A DNA stretch of 64,000 bases from Nitrosopumilus sp. GTDB taxonomy: Archaea; Thermoproteota; Nitrososphaeria; Nitrososphaerales; Nitrosopumilaceae. The notes under the pieces were generated by a model, which saw only the letters and a program-made list of their open reading frames with translations, was not told where the DNA came from and made no database searches. Every line of letters starts with the position of its first letter. Positions within the stretch are counted from its first letter, which is position 1. Location of the stretch: positions 928,001-992,000 of the forward strand of contig OZ245040.1 of NCBI GenBank assembly GCA_965224195.1, in the 5' to 3' direction. Positions 49,951-60,004 of this stretch are shown piece after piece. A program made the translations under genes and the position numbers.

Positions 49951-50049
49951 ATGTCTAAAATTAAACAAATTGCAGCCTGGATTGCAATTATTGGTGGCGG
50001 AATTGGATTCTTCTTCTTTTCAATTGAGATGGCTGAATTCATGCGATAG
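49951..50049 (+). CDS. 32-aa single-TM microprotein
   Basis: MSKIKQIAAWIAIIGGGIGFFFFSIEMAEFMR. Confidence 0.5.
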   Translation: MSKIKQIAAWIAIIGGGIGFFFFSIEMAEFMR

Positions 50050-50087
50050 TGTGAAAACTAAATACATTCAATTTTGAAATATTATTT

Positions 50088-50528
50088 GTGATTACTAAAG
50101 AAATTAAGAATTTTTTAAATTTGCAAAACCTTGGATATGTTGCAACTGTCTCCCATGATAGAAAACCAAACATTTCTCCAAAGGGCACTATTATTGGATG
50201 GTCTTCTGAAACACTTGCTTTTGTAGATATTCGTTCACCTGATACTGTGAAAAATTTGGTTGACAATCCAAATGTGGAAATCAATGTAATTGATCCTCTT
50301 CTTCGTAAAGGATACTTGTTTCAAGGAACTGCTAGACTTTTACAAGATGGTACTCTATACCAAGAAATTCTAAATCATTATAGACAAAATGGAATTAAAA
50401 GTCCAATTAGATCAATCATACTAGTAGATGTTTCCTGCGTGTCTGATGTAATTTCTCCCTTGTATGATCTTGTAATTTCTGAAGATGAAATAAAATCAAA
50501 ATGGCAAAAACATTTTTTCACCCTATGA
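50088..50528 (+). CDS. Pyridoxamine 5'-phosphate oxidase-like FMN-binding protein
   Basis: YVATVS....PNISPKG, TVKNL..NPNVE. Confidence 0.85.
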   Translation: MITKEIKNFLNLQNLGYVATVSHDRKPNISPKGTIIGWSSETLAFVDIRSPDTVKNLVDNPNVEINVIDPLLRKGYLFQGTARLLQDGTLYQEILNHYRQNGIKSPIRSIILVDVSCVSDVISPLYDLVISEDEIKSKWQKHFFTL

Positions 50529-51299
50529 TTTATCAAGTGATTGTGTAGTTTGTTTAAGATTTTCTAATTCTTTTTTTGTTTTTTCATGTTCTGCTCTTTC
50601 TTTTTCTAATAATGACTGAATTGTCTCTAATTCTTTCAGTGTTGTGTTGAGTTTTGATTTTAGTGAGCCTACAACTGCACTTGCAGCCTCAATAATCCCT
50701 GCAGAACTCTTTTGACTTTTATTATCTACTCCGATGAATTTTTTTTCAGATGTTGTGAGAATACTGGTATCCTCAAAAGTGTCTTTTTTATCTAATTCAT
50801 TTTTTGCATTGTATAGTCTAGAATTTGCCTCCTCTAATTCTTTTTCAACTTCTACCTGTTGTTTTTTAATATTGTGTAATGAGGCTTGTTCTTTTTCAAG
50901 TTGCTCTTTAATTTCATCATGTTTTTTTGTAAATCCATCCAACTCTTCCTTTATTTTTGAATGATCCCCTTCTGTTTTGTTAAATTTTTCAACTGATTTT
51001 GAATCTTTAATTAATTCTGCTTTTTTGGCTTTCTCTCTTGTTTCTCTGTATTCTCGTTGAATTATGTCTAGTTCCATCTTTTTTTGATTAAGTTCTTTTT
51101 TTACTAACATCAAGCTGCCAATTGTTGAATCATATTCTTCTTTGACGGTGGTAATCCTTTGAGTGATTTCATCTAACTCTGTTTGTTTTTCTCTGAATGC
51201 TTTTTGTACTTTTTCAACTTCTTCTTCAAGTTCTGTTTTCAGGGTTGTCTCTGCAGTGTTATCTGGTATGTCTTCTTTCTTTTTACCAAAAAATCCCAT
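50523..51299 (-). CDS. Long coiled-coil protein
   Basis: E/K-rich heptads; IIEAASAVVGSLKSKL segment. Confidence 0.75.
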   Translation of the reverse strand: MGFFGKKKEDIPDNTAETTLKTELEEEVEKVQKAFREKQTELDEITQRITTVKEEYDSTIGSLMLVKKELNQKKMELDIIQREYRETREKAKKAELIKDSKSVEKFNKTEGDHSKIKEELDGFTKKHDEIKEQLEKEQASLHNIKKQQVEVEKELEEANSRLYNAKNELDKKDTFEDTSILTTSEKKFIGVDNKSQKSSAGIIEAASAVVGSLKSKLNTTLKELETIQSLLEKERAEHEKTKKELENLKQTTQSLDKS

Positions 51300-51334
51300 A
51301 TCTGTCTCTACCTTTTCCAAAAGATGAACCTTTC

Positions 51335-51535
51335 TTATCCTTGTTTTACTCGCCATCTGAAAAATTTCAGATAGAATCCAATGCTACCAATTGCAATGCC
51401 TGCAATCCATGCAATAGGCCCTAATCCCATCTCATTAGTGCTCTCTTGAGGAGCAAGAAACAGCAATAATGCTCCCAGTATGATTAATGCAAACCCTCCA
51501 CTGTTCTTTGATCTGTTATGTTCTCCGTGAACCAT
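51335..51535 (-). CDS. Small 2-TM membrane protein
   Basis: 66 aa with two hydrophobic helices, directly downstream of lysS. Confidence 0.65.
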   Translation of the reverse strand: MVHGEHNRSKNSGGFALIILGALLLFLAPQESTNEMGLGPIAWIAGIAIGSIGFYLKFFRWRVKQG

Positions 51536-51537
51536 GA

Positions 51538-53127
51538 TTAAACATACTCTGAAAGTGTCTTTGCCACTTGCTTTCGTCCAATGTCTGAAATGAATGGGCC
51601 TATTTTTGGTCCTCTTGAGGTTCCAAGTATGATTTGATATAATATCTTAAAGAAATTTTTTGGTTGAATATCATTTGCTTTTGCAATTTGGTATATTGTA
51701 TTTTGAATATCTTCTAGTTCTTTATCTCCGTCTAATTCCTCTACGAGTAATTTCAATGCCTTTTTTGCAGTGTCATCTAAATCAATTTGAATTTTTTCTT
51801 GTTCATCAAATTCATTTGAATAATTTCCTGCAAGTTCGATGAGTTTTTCTATTTCTGGTTCTGGATTTTTTATTACTCCATAATCTAACAATTTTTTCAT
51901 AACTCGTTCACTTCTATCTTCTTTGAAAATTTTTGCTAATTCAATTAACAGTCTATAGTTGACATGTGTGGTTGATTGTTTTGGAGGGTTTAGGAGATTT
52001 ACATATTCATACAATCCTTTATTTTTTATCAGTTTTGCTTGGTTGTCTACTTTGATTCGTCCAAAATAGATGTCTTCTAATTCATTATATTCACTCATCA
52101 ATCCTGGAATATCATCAAATCCTAGTTCTCTTGCACCTGTAATTCTCTTGTAAAGTAATAATAGGATTGATTTTGGACTGCCAAACTCTAACCATTTTTG
52201 TGCAGTGATTACATTTCCTAAAGATTTTGAAATCTTTTTTCCACCTTTATCTAAAAACATCTCATATTTTACATGGTGAGGGTATGGAAATTCTAAAATT
52301 TCATCTGCAACCCAATCATTTACCTTAACTGAATCCATGATGTCTTTTCCATATGCTTCAAATCTAATGTCAAATGCTGTCCATCTTGCTGCAAATTCTA
52401 CTTTCCATGCTAATTTTCCGAGATCTTTTTCGATATCTGCCTCGCCAATATGACCACATCCTTTGACTATTTTTGAGTCAATTTCTGTATCGTGACAAGT
52501 GTACTTTACTTTCTTTTCATCTGCAATGTATTCAGAAGCTTTTGCTGTATAGAGGCAATTACAGTTAGCACAAACTGGAAAATATGGTAGATATTTTTGA
52601 TATTTTTCTTGTCCTACTAATTCTGAAATTTTATCTCCAATTTTTACACTGTTTTGTAAAATTGCATGGATTTGATCTTTTAGCAATCCTTGCTTGTAAG
52701 TGTCAACTGCTCTTCTAAATTCATATTTTATTCCTACTTTGTTTAATCCATCTAATAGAATACTGCTCATATGCATTCCGTAAGAGTCATGACATCCATA
52801 AGGATCTGGAATTAGAGATACTGGTTTTGCAATGTGTTCTTCTAACCCAAACTCTTGCATTCCTTCAGGAATTTTTCTTAATCCATCAAGATCATCTGAA
52901 TATGCAATTAATTCTGATTTGTATCCTAAATTTTCTAATGCAAGTTTAACACCGTATGCCCTTACCGCATCTCCTAAACTTCCAATGTGTGGAATTCCAG
53001 AAGCTCCTAATCCACTTTCAACTCTAAGTAGATCTGTATTCCTTCCTAGGGCTTTTTCTCGTTCGAGTAATTCTGAAGCTAATTTATCAATCCAAGTTCC
53101 TTTTCCGATAATTTTTTGTTCTGTCAT
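51538..53127 (-). CDS. lysS: Class I lysine--tRNA ligase
   Basis: SGIPHIGS (HIGH-like), KISKSLGN (KMSKS-like), GPKIG. Confidence 0.95.
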   Translation of the reverse strand: MTEQKIIGKGTWIDKLASELLEREKALGRNTDLLRVESGLGASGIPHIGSLGDAVRAYGVKLALENLGYKSELIAYSDDLDGLRKIPEGMQEFGLEEHIAKPVSLIPDPYGCHDSYGMHMSSILLDGLNKVGIKYEFRRAVDTYKQGLLKDQIHAILQNSVKIGDKISELVGQEKYQKYLPYFPVCANCNCLYTAKASEYIADEKKVKYTCHDTEIDSKIVKGCGHIGEADIEKDLGKLAWKVEFAARWTAFDIRFEAYGKDIMDSVKVNDWVADEILEFPYPHHVKYEMFLDKGGKKISKSLGNVITAQKWLEFGSPKSILLLLYKRITGARELGFDDIPGLMSEYNELEDIYFGRIKVDNQAKLIKNKGLYEYVNLLNPPKQSTTHVNYRLLIELAKIFKEDRSERVMKKLLDYGVIKNPEPEIEKLIELAGNYSNEFDEQEKIQIDLDDTAKKALKLLVEELDGDKELEDIQNTIYQIAKANDIQPKNFFKILYQIILGTSRGPKIGPFISDIGRKQVAKTLSEYV

Positions 53128-53136
53128 ATCTTTTCT

Positions 53137-54723
53137 CTAATTCAATGTTTTGGACATGTATGGCCCATATAACGAATACCCTAATTTTTGATAATATTCT
53201 CTTGTACCAACTGCACTGATCACTAGAAGTTTTTTAGCATCAAACTCTTCTCTAGATATTTTTTCAGCTTCTTTCATCAAATTCTTTCCTAATCCTGAAT
53301 GTTGAATTTCTTCTTTTTCTTTTTCTCCTAGTTTCAATGACCTGCCATACACGTGGATTTCTCTTACTATGCATGTATCTTGATTAATTTCATCTCTGTG
53401 TGCGTCAACACTTGGTTTTCTTAATCTCAAAAATCCGTAAATTGATTCATTCTTGTCTTCATATGACAAGAATATTTCTTTTCCGCCAGATGAATCATAA
53501 TCAATTCTGTTTAATTTTATCTCGCCGCCATCTAATTTTTTATTTGAAAGTCCTGCTTCTCTACATCTGATACATTTACACGAAAGTCCTTGTTTTGCAA
53601 GATTTTGATGCACAATTTGCCTCAAATTTCCTGATTTTGGGCCTGCGATTATTTCTTTTGGAGAAATCTCTCTCTGAATTCTCATAATTCTTACCCATTT
53701 TGGAATGTTTCTTTTAGCTTCAGTTAGAACTTTGATCATATCTTCATCTGAATAGGGTGTGTATTTTCCTTGCTTGTATTCTTCGTATAATGGAGTGTTT
53801 TCAATAACCAATGATGGATAAATTTTCAACATATCTGGACGCAATTGTGGATCCGAAAATAATTTTTTAAAATCTGTAATATCTCCTTCCGGAGTCATTG
53901 TAGGTAGCCCTGGCATCATATGTGCAACTAGTTTGTAACCTGCATCTTTTGAAATTTGAAATGATTCTACTACATCATTGTAATCATGTCCTCTGTTAAC
54001 TATTTTGTAAACTCGCTCTTGTAATGATTGAACTCCAATTTCTACTCTTGTAATTCCATAACTTAACATTAAATCAACATGTTCTTTTTTACAATAATCT
54101 GGTTTTGTTTCAATTGTAAAACCTACATTTCTTATTGCAGCGTGTTCGTTGTTTGATTTTGCTTGCTCCAAATCTTTTGAATCTGTTCCGTTTAATGCAT
54201 CATAACATGATTTGATAAAATCTTTTTGATAGTTTTTTGGCATAAATAGAAATGTTCCGCCAACAATTACTATTTCCATTTTAGATGGGTCATGTCCAAA
54301 TGCAATTAGTTTTTCAATTTTTGATGTGATTTGTAATTTAGGATCAAATTTGTTTTCAATTGCATTTAGTGATGATGGTTCTTTTCCTGTGTAACTATTG
54401 GGAGAATTAAATTCAATTCCTCCTGGACAATAAGTGCATCTTCCATGTGGACATGCATATGGTTTTGGCATTAATGCAACAACTGATACTCCTGATGCTG
54501 TTTTAGCTGGTTTTCGTATCAACACTTTTTTTAATTTATCAAAATCTGCTTTTTTTGCCATTGATAATATTTCATAATTTCTTGGAATTCTTTCTAGTGC
54601 GTATTTTGTACAAATTTTTATAATTTCTTCTTTTACCTGCTTTTTACTTGGCTCTTGTATTGTTAGCAGATTCTGAGTGATCTCATCACATGCTTTGGAT
54701 GTGATGGGGTCAAGCTTATTCAT
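53137..54723 (-). CDS. elp3: Elp3 tRNA uridine(34) acetyltransferase (radical SAM + GNAT)
   Basis: CPHGRCTYCPGG, ETKPD, LKIYP, REIHVYG, QHSGLG, ISAVGTREYY. Confidence 0.95.
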   Translation of the reverse strand: MNKLDPITSKACDEITQNLLTIQEPSKKQVKEEIIKICTKYALERIPRNYEILSMAKKADFDKLKKVLIRKPAKTASGVSVVALMPKPYACPHGRCTYCPGGIEFNSPNSYTGKEPSSLNAIENKFDPKLQITSKIEKLIAFGHDPSKMEIVIVGGTFLFMPKNYQKDFIKSCYDALNGTDSKDLEQAKSNNEHAAIRNVGFTIETKPDYCKKEHVDLMLSYGITRVEIGVQSLQERVYKIVNRGHDYNDVVESFQISKDAGYKLVAHMMPGLPTMTPEGDITDFKKLFSDPQLRPDMLKIYPSLVIENTPLYEEYKQGKYTPYSDEDMIKVLTEAKRNIPKWVRIMRIQREISPKEIIAGPKSGNLRQIVHQNLAKQGLSCKCIRCREAGLSNKKLDGGEIKLNRIDYDSSGGKEIFLSYEDKNESIYGFLRLRKPSVDAHRDEINQDTCIVREIHVYGRSLKLGEKEKEEIQHSGLGKNLMKEAEKISREEFDAKKLLVISAVGTREYYQKLGYSLYGPYMSKTLN

Positions 54724-54779
54724 GAATGATCAATCTGATTTGGACATAAATTCGTTAAATAATTTGGTATATTTGATAT

Positions 54780-54968
54780 CTATTTACGCCTAGTTGTCTT
54801 TCTTTTAGCCGTCTTTCTAGCTGGTTTTCTCTTTACTGCCTTTTTCTTTGCTACAGTCTTTCTTCCGATATTTTTTTTGATGTTTTTTAATTCATTTAAT
54901 TCTGTTTGAATTCTTTTAATTTCAGCAATCATTTCTGTTTTGAATGAATCATTGTTTGTTTCTGACAT
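54780..54968 (-). CDS. Small protein: coiled coil plus very basic histone-H1-like tail
   Basis: KKNIGRKTVAKKKAVKRKPARKTAKRKTTRRK. Confidence 0.65.
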   Translation of the reverse strand: MSETNNDSFKTEMIAEIKRIQTELNELKNIKKNIGRKTVAKKKAVKRKPARKTAKRKTTRRK

Positions 54969-55015
54969 GAGTTGACCTGAAGAATTTTCTATATAATTTA
55001 AGACTTGTTAAGGAG

Positions 55016-56260
55016 TTATTCTGGTTTTTTCTTAATATCTTTTGGAGGTGAATCATTTCCTTTTTGCTCTTTTCTATATTCCATCTTTAACCATATTGGA
55101 GTGATGATTGTTGTTACTGCTACCATAATTACAATTGTTGAATACACTTCAGATGTAAGTATTCCTAATGTAACTCCTACTCCTGCTACAATTAATCCTA
55201 CTTCTCCTCTTGAAATCATTCCAATACCCACTCGCATTCCTTGTTGTTTGCTTTTCAAAAATAACATTGCAGGTAATCCACATCCAAATAGTTTTGTTAC
55301 GACTGCTACTACAATTACAACTGCACTAACGAGTAAAATTTCAACATTAACTGCTCTTAGGTCTACTTGGGCTCCAATAATTGCAAAAAACAATGGTGCA
55401 AAAATTAATCCTATTTTCCCTATGTAATTTTCAATCTTCTCAAACACTTTGGTAGTTGATAATGCCATTCCTACTGCAAACGCTCCCACGATAGGGGACA
55501 ATCCTATGGATCCTGCAAGAGCTGCCGCACCAAAGAACGACGCTGTTGCAATTCCTTCCACACTTCCTTTTGCCTTCCATAATCTTGGTGTGATAATTTT
55601 TGGAATGACTACTACTGCTACTACTAACATTATTGCAAAGAATCCTAATACTTTCAAAATTGTAATTGTAACTTCTGTAATGTCGATACTGTCTATTCCT
55701 CCATCTGAACCTGCAATTGATGACACCACTGATAATACTGCAATTGCCAAAATGTCATCTATCACTGCTGCACCGATGATTAGTCTAGCTTCTGGTGTTT
55801 TGATTTTACCAAATTCAGTTAGTACTTGAATTGAAATTGCAATGCTTGTTGCAGTAAGTGCTGTTGCAATTAACATTGATTGTAACGCATCAAATCCAAA
55901 TAATTGGAATACTGCCAATCCTGCAAAGAATGGAACTACAACACCTAATGTTCCAACTGTAAATGATGCCTTTCCTCCTTTGAGGAATTCTTTTGGAGTC
56001 ATTTCCAATCCTGCCATAAATAAAATTACAATCGCCCCCATTTCTCCAAGTATTTTGATTTCATCATTGATGTGAAGTAATTGTCTTCCATCAACTACGA
56101 AAAATGCTCCTAATGCAAATGGTCCTACAATCATTCCAGCTAATAATTCCCCTAAAACAATTGGAAGTTTTAATCTGAGGAAAACTTCTGCCATTAATTT
56201 AGCTGCAAAAAGTAGTATTCCTACTCCGATGATTGTTTCAATAAATTGAGCCTCGGACAT
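55016..56260 (-). CDS. Cation:proton antiporter (CPA2/NapA-like)
   Basis: GELLAG, LFMAGLE, TATSIAI, AAVIDD, GMISRGEV. Confidence 0.92.
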   Translation of the reverse strand: MSEAQFIETIIGVGILLFAAKLMAEVFLRLKLPIVLGELLAGMIVGPFALGAFFVVDGRQLLHINDEIKILGEMGAIVILFMAGLEMTPKEFLKGGKASFTVGTLGVVVPFFAGLAVFQLFGFDALQSMLIATALTATSIAISIQVLTEFGKIKTPEARLIIGAAVIDDILAIAVLSVVSSIAGSDGGIDSIDITEVTITILKVLGFFAIMLVVAVVVIPKIITPRLWKAKGSVEGIATASFFGAAALAGSIGLSPIVGAFAVGMALSTTKVFEKIENYIGKIGLIFAPLFFAIIGAQVDLRAVNVEILLVSAVVIVVAVVTKLFGCGLPAMLFLKSKQQGMRVGIGMISRGEVGLIVAGVGVTLGILTSEVYSTIVIMVAVTTIITPIWLKMEYRKEQKGNDSPPKDIKKKPE

Positions 56261-56365
56261 CTCTCTATAGGCCTAGAAAAATCTGTCATATAAGGTGATA
56301 TTTTGTGAGAATTCTTTTACTGTTGTTAAAAAACCCTTTTTCAACATGATCTTTATTTTGAAGAA

Positions 56366-56587
56366 TTATTTTTTATCTTTGAGCAAAATTTCCATTATTT
56401 CGGTATTGGATTTGATCCAAACTTTAAGATATTCTGAAAATAAATTTTCTAAGGCATCCATTGGCAAACCTGCAAATCTAGGATCTGCTTATAGATCTAC
56501 AAATTGTTCATGAAGTTGTTCTAAGTTTAATTTCTGTTCTTTGTTTGTCGTATCTAATTTTTCAATAGCATCCATTACTGTGTTCAT
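56366..56587 (-). pseudogene. Small helical protein gene with an internal TAA at 56489-56491
   Basis: MNTVMDAIEKL...FVDL*ADPRFAGLPMDALENLFSEYLKVWIKSNTEIMEILLKDKK*. Confidence 0.55.
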
Positions 56588-56651
56588 TTCATTTTTAGTA
56601 TTTTCTTAAAACTTAAAGTTTTTGTGTATATTTGAATTTTCTAAATTTAAC

Positions 56652-57674
56652 TTAGGCAATTTTTATGGAATTTACAAAAACACCTTTCTTTGAAATGATC
56701 TGTCCGATTTCTTGACTTGAAATTTTATGCTTTTTGAATATTGATTTTATTCTTGTTGCTTGATTTTTTGGTGCAACTACACAGAATCCTATTCCCATGT
56801 TGAACGTTTTGTACATTTCTTCTGGTTTTACCCCCTGCTCTTCTACCAGTCCCATAATTGGTGGAATTTTTGGCAATGAGTCTATTTCATAACCAATATT
56901 TTTGAGACGTAATAATTTGGTAAATGCACCTCCTGTTATGTGTGCAAATCCATTGACTTTACATTTTTTGTTTATTTCAAGAATTGGGTTTGTGTAAATT
57001 TCAGTTGGTTTTAGCAATGCATCACCAATAATTCCAACCCCTTTGACTTTATCTTTTACAGAATATTTTGTTAATAGTGCTTTTCTTGCTAGTGAATATC
57101 CGTTTGAATGAATACCTGAACTATTTACACCTATAATTACATTTCCTGCTTTGATTTTGTTTCCAAGCACCATCTCTTTTTTCTCTAATAGTCCTACTAC
57201 CATGCCTGCCAAATCAAATGCAAATCCTTCACCTTCAATTACATCTGGCATGATTGCTGTTTCTCCTCCAACTATTGGCATTGCTGATTTTTTAGCACCT
57301 GTTACTAGCCCTTCCACAATTTTTTTGAATATTGTTACATCGTTTTTGTTTGCAGCAATATAGTCTACAAATGCAATTGGTGTTGCGCCAATACAAATTA
57401 TATCATTAACGTTCATTGCAACACAATCGATTCCTATGGTGTTGTATTTTTTCATCATGCTCGCAATTATAACTTTGGTTCCAACACCGTCCGTATGTGT
57501 TGCTAATAATTTTCCTCCTGGAATTTCTACAATTCCTGCATAGTGACCAAACCCATGTGTCATTTTGGCTTTTTTCTGAAGTTTATGGGTTGATGAAATT
57601 AATTTGCCAATGGCTTTTTGACTTTGTTTAATTTTAGAAATATCCACTCCTGCTTTTTTGTAAGTTAGAGCCAT
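56652..57674 (-). CDS. purM: Phosphoribosylformylglycinamidine cyclo-ligase
   Basis: TYKKAGVD, TDGVGTK, GGETA, SSGIHSNGYSL, AHITGG, TFNMGIG. Confidence 0.97.
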   Translation of the reverse strand: MALTYKKAGVDISKIKQSQKAIGKLISSTHKLQKKAKMTHGFGHYAGIVEIPGGKLLATHTDGVGTKVIIASMMKKYNTIGIDCVAMNVNDIICIGATPIAFVDYIAANKNDVTIFKKIVEGLVTGAKKSAMPIVGGETAIMPDVIEGEGFAFDLAGMVVGLLEKKEMVLGNKIKAGNVIIGVNSSGIHSNGYSLARKALLTKYSVKDKVKGVGIIGDALLKPTEIYTNPILEINKKCKVNGFAHITGGAFTKLLRLKNIGYEIDSLPKIPPIMGLVEEQGVKPEEMYKTFNMGIGFCVVAPKNQATRIKSIFKKHKISSQEIGQIISKKGVFVNSIKIA

Positions 57675-57723
57675 AGTTTGTTGCGCTTTTGCTGTGAATA
57701 AAAGAATTTGCCCTGTGTTTCGA

Positions 57724-58449
57724 TCACATGTACATGCCAGATATCTCTTCTCTATGTTCTGCATATTTCTGAGATAATTCGCTGAATTCTGAATGGATTC
57801 TATCTTTTTCTTTTTTGAGTTCTGAAGTATTGATTTTCATATCATAAAATCGATTTACTGCTTCAATTAGAGTAATTGCTGCTGCTGAATCTGGTGCTTC
57901 TTTATTTGCTTTGGCCAATAGAGTTAACCCTTGAATCTCTCTAACTAGGCACTCATTTAGTATCCCTCCTGGAATTCCAGTGATGAATCCTTGAGGAATC
58001 ATGCTGATATTTTTATCTGCCATTGTTCTAACTAAATCTTCCTCTGCTGCACAGTATGCTTTGTCATCATGCTCTGTACTGGCAACTCCATCTAAAATCA
58101 CAATTTCTTTAGAGCCTTTCTGTGCTGCCCAATCTAAAATCGAAGATACTAATGTGAATAATCCCTCCATTCTTAATGTAATTTCACAAATTATTGCACA
58201 AACGGTTCCTTCCTTATTTGCATAAAATCTGAATGGGTGTCGTAATCTACCCCTCATGAATACTGTTGATGGTGGTAAGTATTTTGATCTCATTACTGCA
58301 ATTTCCTCCATTTTCAATTCTGCAATGATATGATTAATTGCAACTGGACCTACTAGGCCTGCACCTACAAATCCTGCAAAAATTATTGGACTGTTTAATC
58401 CTGTTTTTTTGATTTCAAACACTTCAGCTTCTGGAAATTCTTTTTGCAC
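57724..58449 (-). CDS. PAC2-family proteasome assembly chaperone
   Basis: GFVGAGLVG, HPFRFY, ITGIPGGIL, PDSAAA. Confidence 0.88.
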   Translation of the reverse strand: MQKEFPEAEVFEIKKTGLNSPIIFAGFVGAGLVGPVAINHIIAELKMEEIAVMRSKYLPPSTVFMRGRLRHPFRFYANKEGTVCAIICEITLRMEGLFTLVSSILDWAAQKGSKEIVILDGVASTEHDDKAYCAAEEDLVRTMADKNISMIPQGFITGIPGGILNECLVREIQGLTLLAKANKEAPDSAAAITLIEAVNRFYDMKINTSELKKEKDRIHSEFSELSQKYAEHREEISGMYM

Positions 58450-58523
58450 TGTTTACGTCGATTTGTTCTGATTAATTACTTTTGTCAATAAGTAGATTGT
58501 ATATGAAAATAAAAGATGAGGGA

Positions 58524-58880
58524 TTATGCTCCGTAGTTGTTCTTTTGCACAAATAGATTCAACATTATTCGTCCCTTATCTGTAATTGTATAGATCACAT
58601 TTGCACCTCTTGCTTCTTTTTCTATGAATTTGTAATCTACACATAAGTGCAAATAGTTTAGAAATGATTTCTTCATTCTAATCTTTGATTTTGAATACAA
58701 ATCAGAGAATGTCATTGGATTGCCTTTTAGTTGGTATAGCAATTTCAATAAAGATAACGTACTGTAATCTTTTGTTCTTGCTTTTACTGCATCGAGTACT
58801 TGTTCATCTCTATGTATGATAAAATCCTCGAATTGGTCTGCCACTTCTAATGGTACATATGTTAGTCTTGCTCGCATCAT
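58524..58880 (-). CDS. Winged helix-turn-helix protein
   Basis: FSDLYSKS.IRMKKSFLNYL..C....FI...YTITDKG. Confidence 0.8.
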   Translation of the reverse strand: MMRARLTYVPLEVADQFEDFIIHRDEQVLDAVKARTKDYSTLSLLKLLYQLKGNPMTFSDLYSKSKIRMKKSFLNYLHLCVDYKFIEKEARGANVIYTITDKGRIMLNLFVQKNNYGA

Positions 58881-59061
58881 ACCGTATAGTACGGTACATT
58901 ACCTTATTAGTGTTTGACATGAGTTTTGTTGATCTTCTCAGCTGGTTTTTTTACACCTGATCATGACTAGATCGGCTGTTTTTAAAATTAGCTTGAATTG
59001 TTTGAATTGTGAAATTATAGTATATCACCTGATTTAAACGGTCAAAACTCAAAATCAATTT

Positions 59062-59997
59062 ATGGAAATTGCAATAAGTGCTATACTAACTGTAGTTGGA
59101 TTAGTTATGCTATGCTTTGGTGGTAACTGGTTAGTTAGCGGTGGTGTAGCAATTGCAAAAAAATTCCGTATCAGTAATTTAGTAATTGGTATGACTATTG
59201 TAGCATATGGTACTTCAACTCCTGAGCTTGCAGCAAGTGTTGCAGCAGCTGGAGAATACAGTGCAATAATTCTTGGAAATATCATTGGTAGTAACATTGC
59301 AAATGTCGGTATGGTGGTTGGTATTGCAGCAATCCTTGTCCCACTTGCAGTATACAAATCTACACTACGAAAAGAAATTCCAATAATGTTGGGTGTTTCA
59401 TTTTTACTAATTTTATTATCTATTGATGGTGAGATTTCTCAGTATGACGGCATAATCTTACTTGTTGGTTTGGGGGTATTTGCATATTATACATTCAAAG
59501 ATGCAATGAAACAAAGATCAGAAAATAAAGAACCAGTAGAACCTAGTAAAAAGAATCTCTATTTTAAATCTGCAGGACTAATTGGTATTGGTGTAATTCT
59601 TTTGTATATTGGTGCTAGACTTACAATTGATAATGCCATGGTACTAGCAACAGAATTTGGTTTATCTGAAAAGATAATTGGATTGACTGTAATTGCCATT
59701 GGAACTTCTCTTCCAGAATTAATCACATCAATTATTGCAATCAGAAAAGGTCATACTGATATTGGAATTGGAAATATTATCGGAAGTAACATCTACAACA
59801 TTTTGATGATTATGGGAGTAGGTGCAGCACTTGGAGGTGTGATGGTTGGTGCTGATGTTTATGTTGATTACGCAATAATGATCATATTCAGTTTATCTTT
59901 GCTCATTGCTTTGAAGACTGGAATAATTGGTAGACCGATGGGCATTGCTTTGACTATTGGTTATGCTGCCTATCTTATAGTCACGTTTTTCAAATAA
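59062..59997 (+). CDS. Ca2+/Na+ antiporter (YrbG-like)
   Basis: Two alpha repeats: GTSTPE..GNIIGSN and GTSLPE..GNIIGSN. Confidence 0.93.
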   Translation: MEIAISAILTVVGLVMLCFGGNWLVSGGVAIAKKFRISNLVIGMTIVAYGTSTPELAASVAAAGEYSAIILGNIIGSNIANVGMVVGIAAILVPLAVYKSTLRKEIPIMLGVSFLLILLSIDGEISQYDGIILLVGLGVFAYYTFKDAMKQRSENKEPVEPSKKNLYFKSAGLIGIGVILLYIGARLTIDNAMVLATEFGLSEKIIGLTVIAIGTSLPELITSIIAIRKGHTDIGIGNIIGSNIYNILMIMGVGAALGGVMVGADVYVDYAIMIIFSLSLLIALKTGIIGRPMGIALTIGYAAYLIVTFFK

Positions 59998-60004
59998 TTT
60001 ATGC

